A stretch of DNA of 61,870 bases, the filler included, from Circinaria calcarea (lineage: Eukaryota), in assembly GCA_051942165.1 (NCBI GenBank). It is 21 parts of 21 records of this genome, joined end to end, with 100 filler letters (N's around TTAATTAATTAA, not from the genome) between each part and the next. Parts side by side here need not be neighbours in the genome. Positions count along the whole stretch, not along the records: positions 59,039 to 61,870 come from JAVECS010003222.1; 20 more parts are not named here. One strand, 5' to 3'. Position numbers and translations under genes: made by a program. This document shows positions 59,272 through 61,870 of this stretch, one piece after another. Under the pieces are notes generated by a model that had not been told where the DNA came from, ran no database searches, and saw only the letters and a program-made list of their open reading frames with translations. The first letter of the stretch is position 1. The number at the start of each line of letters is the position of its first letter.

Positions 59272-60110
59272 CAGATTCCTGTGGCTATCTCTACAGTGCG
59301 CCCGAGCTCTCATGACCTTGTTGGATCAACTCTCTCAATTACCTACCTCACAATTAATCGCTCCTCGAACTTAGCTGCGAACAGCAACTGCAGAAGGTGG
59401 TTATAGGGGTGTGTATCCTATAGCTGGGTCTGTGATTTTCGGTTATCAGTGAAGAGATTGGATTTTGACTTGAAGACCGTATTGGATCGAGATGTTTTCT
59501 TTATGACCTAATAAGTTACCGATCTTCTCGGCGAAACTCTTTACGAATCTAGCGTTGTCCTGCATATTAATGTAAAACGAGATCGATAAATAGTTATGGT
59601 GGATTTCTCCATGCTTGACAAGAGTTAGCGGATGGTGTGTATCTCTGGGCAGTCCTCTTTCAAGTATAGGTACAACAAGGCGTACGTCTCTCGGTGTGGT
59701 TGACCAGCAAGCTTCGTATATGAGAAATAGAGACTACTCTGCCGGGTTACAAGGCAAAGATTGCTGCAATTATTGTATGTCATATAGTAGGTTTCAGAAG
59801 AATCTTCTGCCAACCGATTAGTATTCGGAGATCTACTGAGCTCTGCTCATAGTCGAAAAGGAGTTGAGCGAAACTTAGGGACTTCGCTTTACCTACCTGA
59901 TTTGAACGTCGGAGGATCGGCGCTTGAAACTGGCGACGCCCGCGTTTATGACGCTTGTTGATGGTTGCTCATCAGCTGCTCAGATATTGGGCGACTGACA
60001 AGCTCCAAACATCTCTCTATGAAGTACAATAGCTGTTCCTTCACACTACATACTCTTATCCTTTTGTAAGCTTATTTCAAATTCACATAATCTTCTCGGA
60101 ACCGGCAAAT

Positions 60111-61389
60111 ATGAAGTACGCCACACTACTTACTGCGTCCCTGGCGACAACTGCATCTGCATTGTCAATTATTCGCTCGGATCAGTCTGTGTTGAAAAAT
60201 AGCCTAGACGTCGAGGAATATCTTATCGAACTTGGTCCGGGAAACATAAGATGGGTCACGGAAGAGGAGAAGTGGGAGCTGAGACGGGTATGCTAGATGC
60301 TTCAGCCTTGGGCAAAACCTGCGCAAAAGATGCTTCTAATACCAAACGCAGGAAGGTCTCAATTTCATGGATGTTACCGAAACACCAGACCTAGGGACAA
60401 TGAGGCACTGCGCAGCGAAATCAATCGTCGTCTTCCCAGACAAGCCAGTCTACAACGAGACCCTTGCACCGATGATGAAAGAACTCTCGAAGAAGCATAT
60501 GCGCAAGAACTTAGAAAAGTTTACATCCTTCCATACGAGATACTACAAATCGGACTATGGGGCGCAGTCTTCTGCGTGGTTGCTTGGAAGGGTCAACGAA
60601 ACGATTGCAGAGTCTGGAGCTACCGAGTACGGGGCGCATGTCAAAGCCTTTTCCCATCCCTGGGGTCAAAGCAGTGTTATTGCAACGATACCAGGCAAGA
60701 GTGAGAAGACAGTGGTCATTGGGGCGCACCAAGACAGTATCAATCTCTTCTTTCCTTCCCTCTTGGCGGCCCCTGGTGCGGATGATGACGGAAGTGGCTC
60801 GGTTACGATTCTCGAAGCCTTAAGGGTTCTGCTGAACTCATCGGACATCGTGAAGGGGGAGGCACCGAACACTATTGAATTTCACTGGTACTCGGCGGAG
60901 GAAGGAGGTCTCCTTGGAAGTCAGGCCATCTTTTCGGCATACGAGAAGGAGGGAAGAGACATCAAGGCTATGCTTCAGCAGGATATGACTGGCTACGTCC
61001 AGAAGACTTTGGATGCTGGGGAGCCAGAGAGTGTCGGCGTGATCACGGATTATGTCAGTCCAGGCTTGACCGAATTCATCAAAGAGGTCATCACAGAGGT
61101 ATGCAGAAAGCTGGGCCCAACCTTTGAACCTTGGATGCTCACAGTAACACAGTACTGCGACATTCCGTATGTCCTAACGAAGTGCGGCTATGCCTGTTCC
61201 GACCACGCTTCTGCCTCCAAAGCCGGCTATCCGTCTGCATTCGTCATCGAGTCGGATTTCAAGTACTCGGACTCGAAGATTCACACCACAGAGGATAAGA
61301 TCGAGTATTTGAGCTTCGATCACATGCTCCAGCATGCGAGGCTGACTCTGGGTCTGGTGTATGAGTTGGCATTTGCCGATTTTGATTAG
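60111..61389 (+). CDS. lap1: Secreted leucine aminopeptidase 1 (M28), complete, 2 introns
   Basis: Signal peptide, [43 protein letters not shown] and [10 protein letters not shown]; introns about 60288-60351 and 61100-61152. Confidence 0.96.
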
Positions 61390-61870
61390 ATACGTTCCTT
61401 CAGACCGTATCATATTTCTTAGACTAAATATAGCCCCATAAACGGATCTTTAAAACTATGTACCAAGGAAACTCCAAGCTTTCAACCATATTATCCGTAA
61501 ACGCATGTGATGATCGTCAGGGTTGCCCTCGGCCTTTTCTGCTAGCTTCAGGGGTCTACGCGTCTATCGAATGTGGGGTAAATACAGGATTTATTAACCT
61601 CGTGTTCTTAGCATCTCACCTTGTTGACCATCTGACCTTTTTTCTTCCGTACATCATGGAGCAAGCCAACACATGTATGTACTCCAAATTGGGGGAGTAA
61701 TGATAATCTGATGGACGCTGATAAGTCTTCCCCCCTTAGTGAACCCGTTCTCGAGGCGCGAAGCCCATGACAAGCGTTCCCTGGTTATATACCGCTTCCT
61801 CACGATTGCATCTTGGCTTGCTGTATTCGTCGTCAGCATCCTATATTCATTTGATGCTCCAAATGGCGGC

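Overview
This is not a contiguous locus. It is a pseudo-scaffold of 21 unrelated short contigs (2,866 bp falling to 2,832 bp, i.e. sorted by length), joined by 20 identical 100-bp linkers (44 N + TTAATTAATTAA + 44 N), so nothing can be inferred from adjacency across linkers. The DNA is from a filamentous ascomycete (Pezizomycotina): short GT-AG introns with CTRAY branch points, HET-domain genes, a PTH11-like receptor and RIP-like mutated repeats. A lichen-forming lineage is plausible but unproven. Recognisable genes, many cut at contig ends: hexose transporter, Dal5/Tna1 and DHA1 MFS transporters, two HET-family genes, GH16 Crh, SIS1, DUF6594, APH-like kinase, TOP1, rhomboid, DUG2, TRM44, an AflX/OrdB-like oxidoreductase, a C6 transcription-factor body and leucine aminopeptidase. 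Several spliced or very small genes are missed by the ORF track. Mobile DNA includes an LTR-like family (3 copies), a 297-bp solo LTR whose empty site is visible elsewhere in the window, a long-TIR element (2 loci), a 102-bp MITE, a Crypton-like recombinase 5' end and a shared satellite. The best candidates for something new are a decayed 13-aa GWG-repeat (Argonaute-hook-like) ORF, a 38-aa RanBP2-type zinc-finger micro-ORF, a tandem two-domain retropepsin and an orphan AflX-like gene isolated in repeat DNA. No complete new multi-gene system can be demonstrated from 2.8-kb fragments. All family calls come from motif recognition, not database searches.
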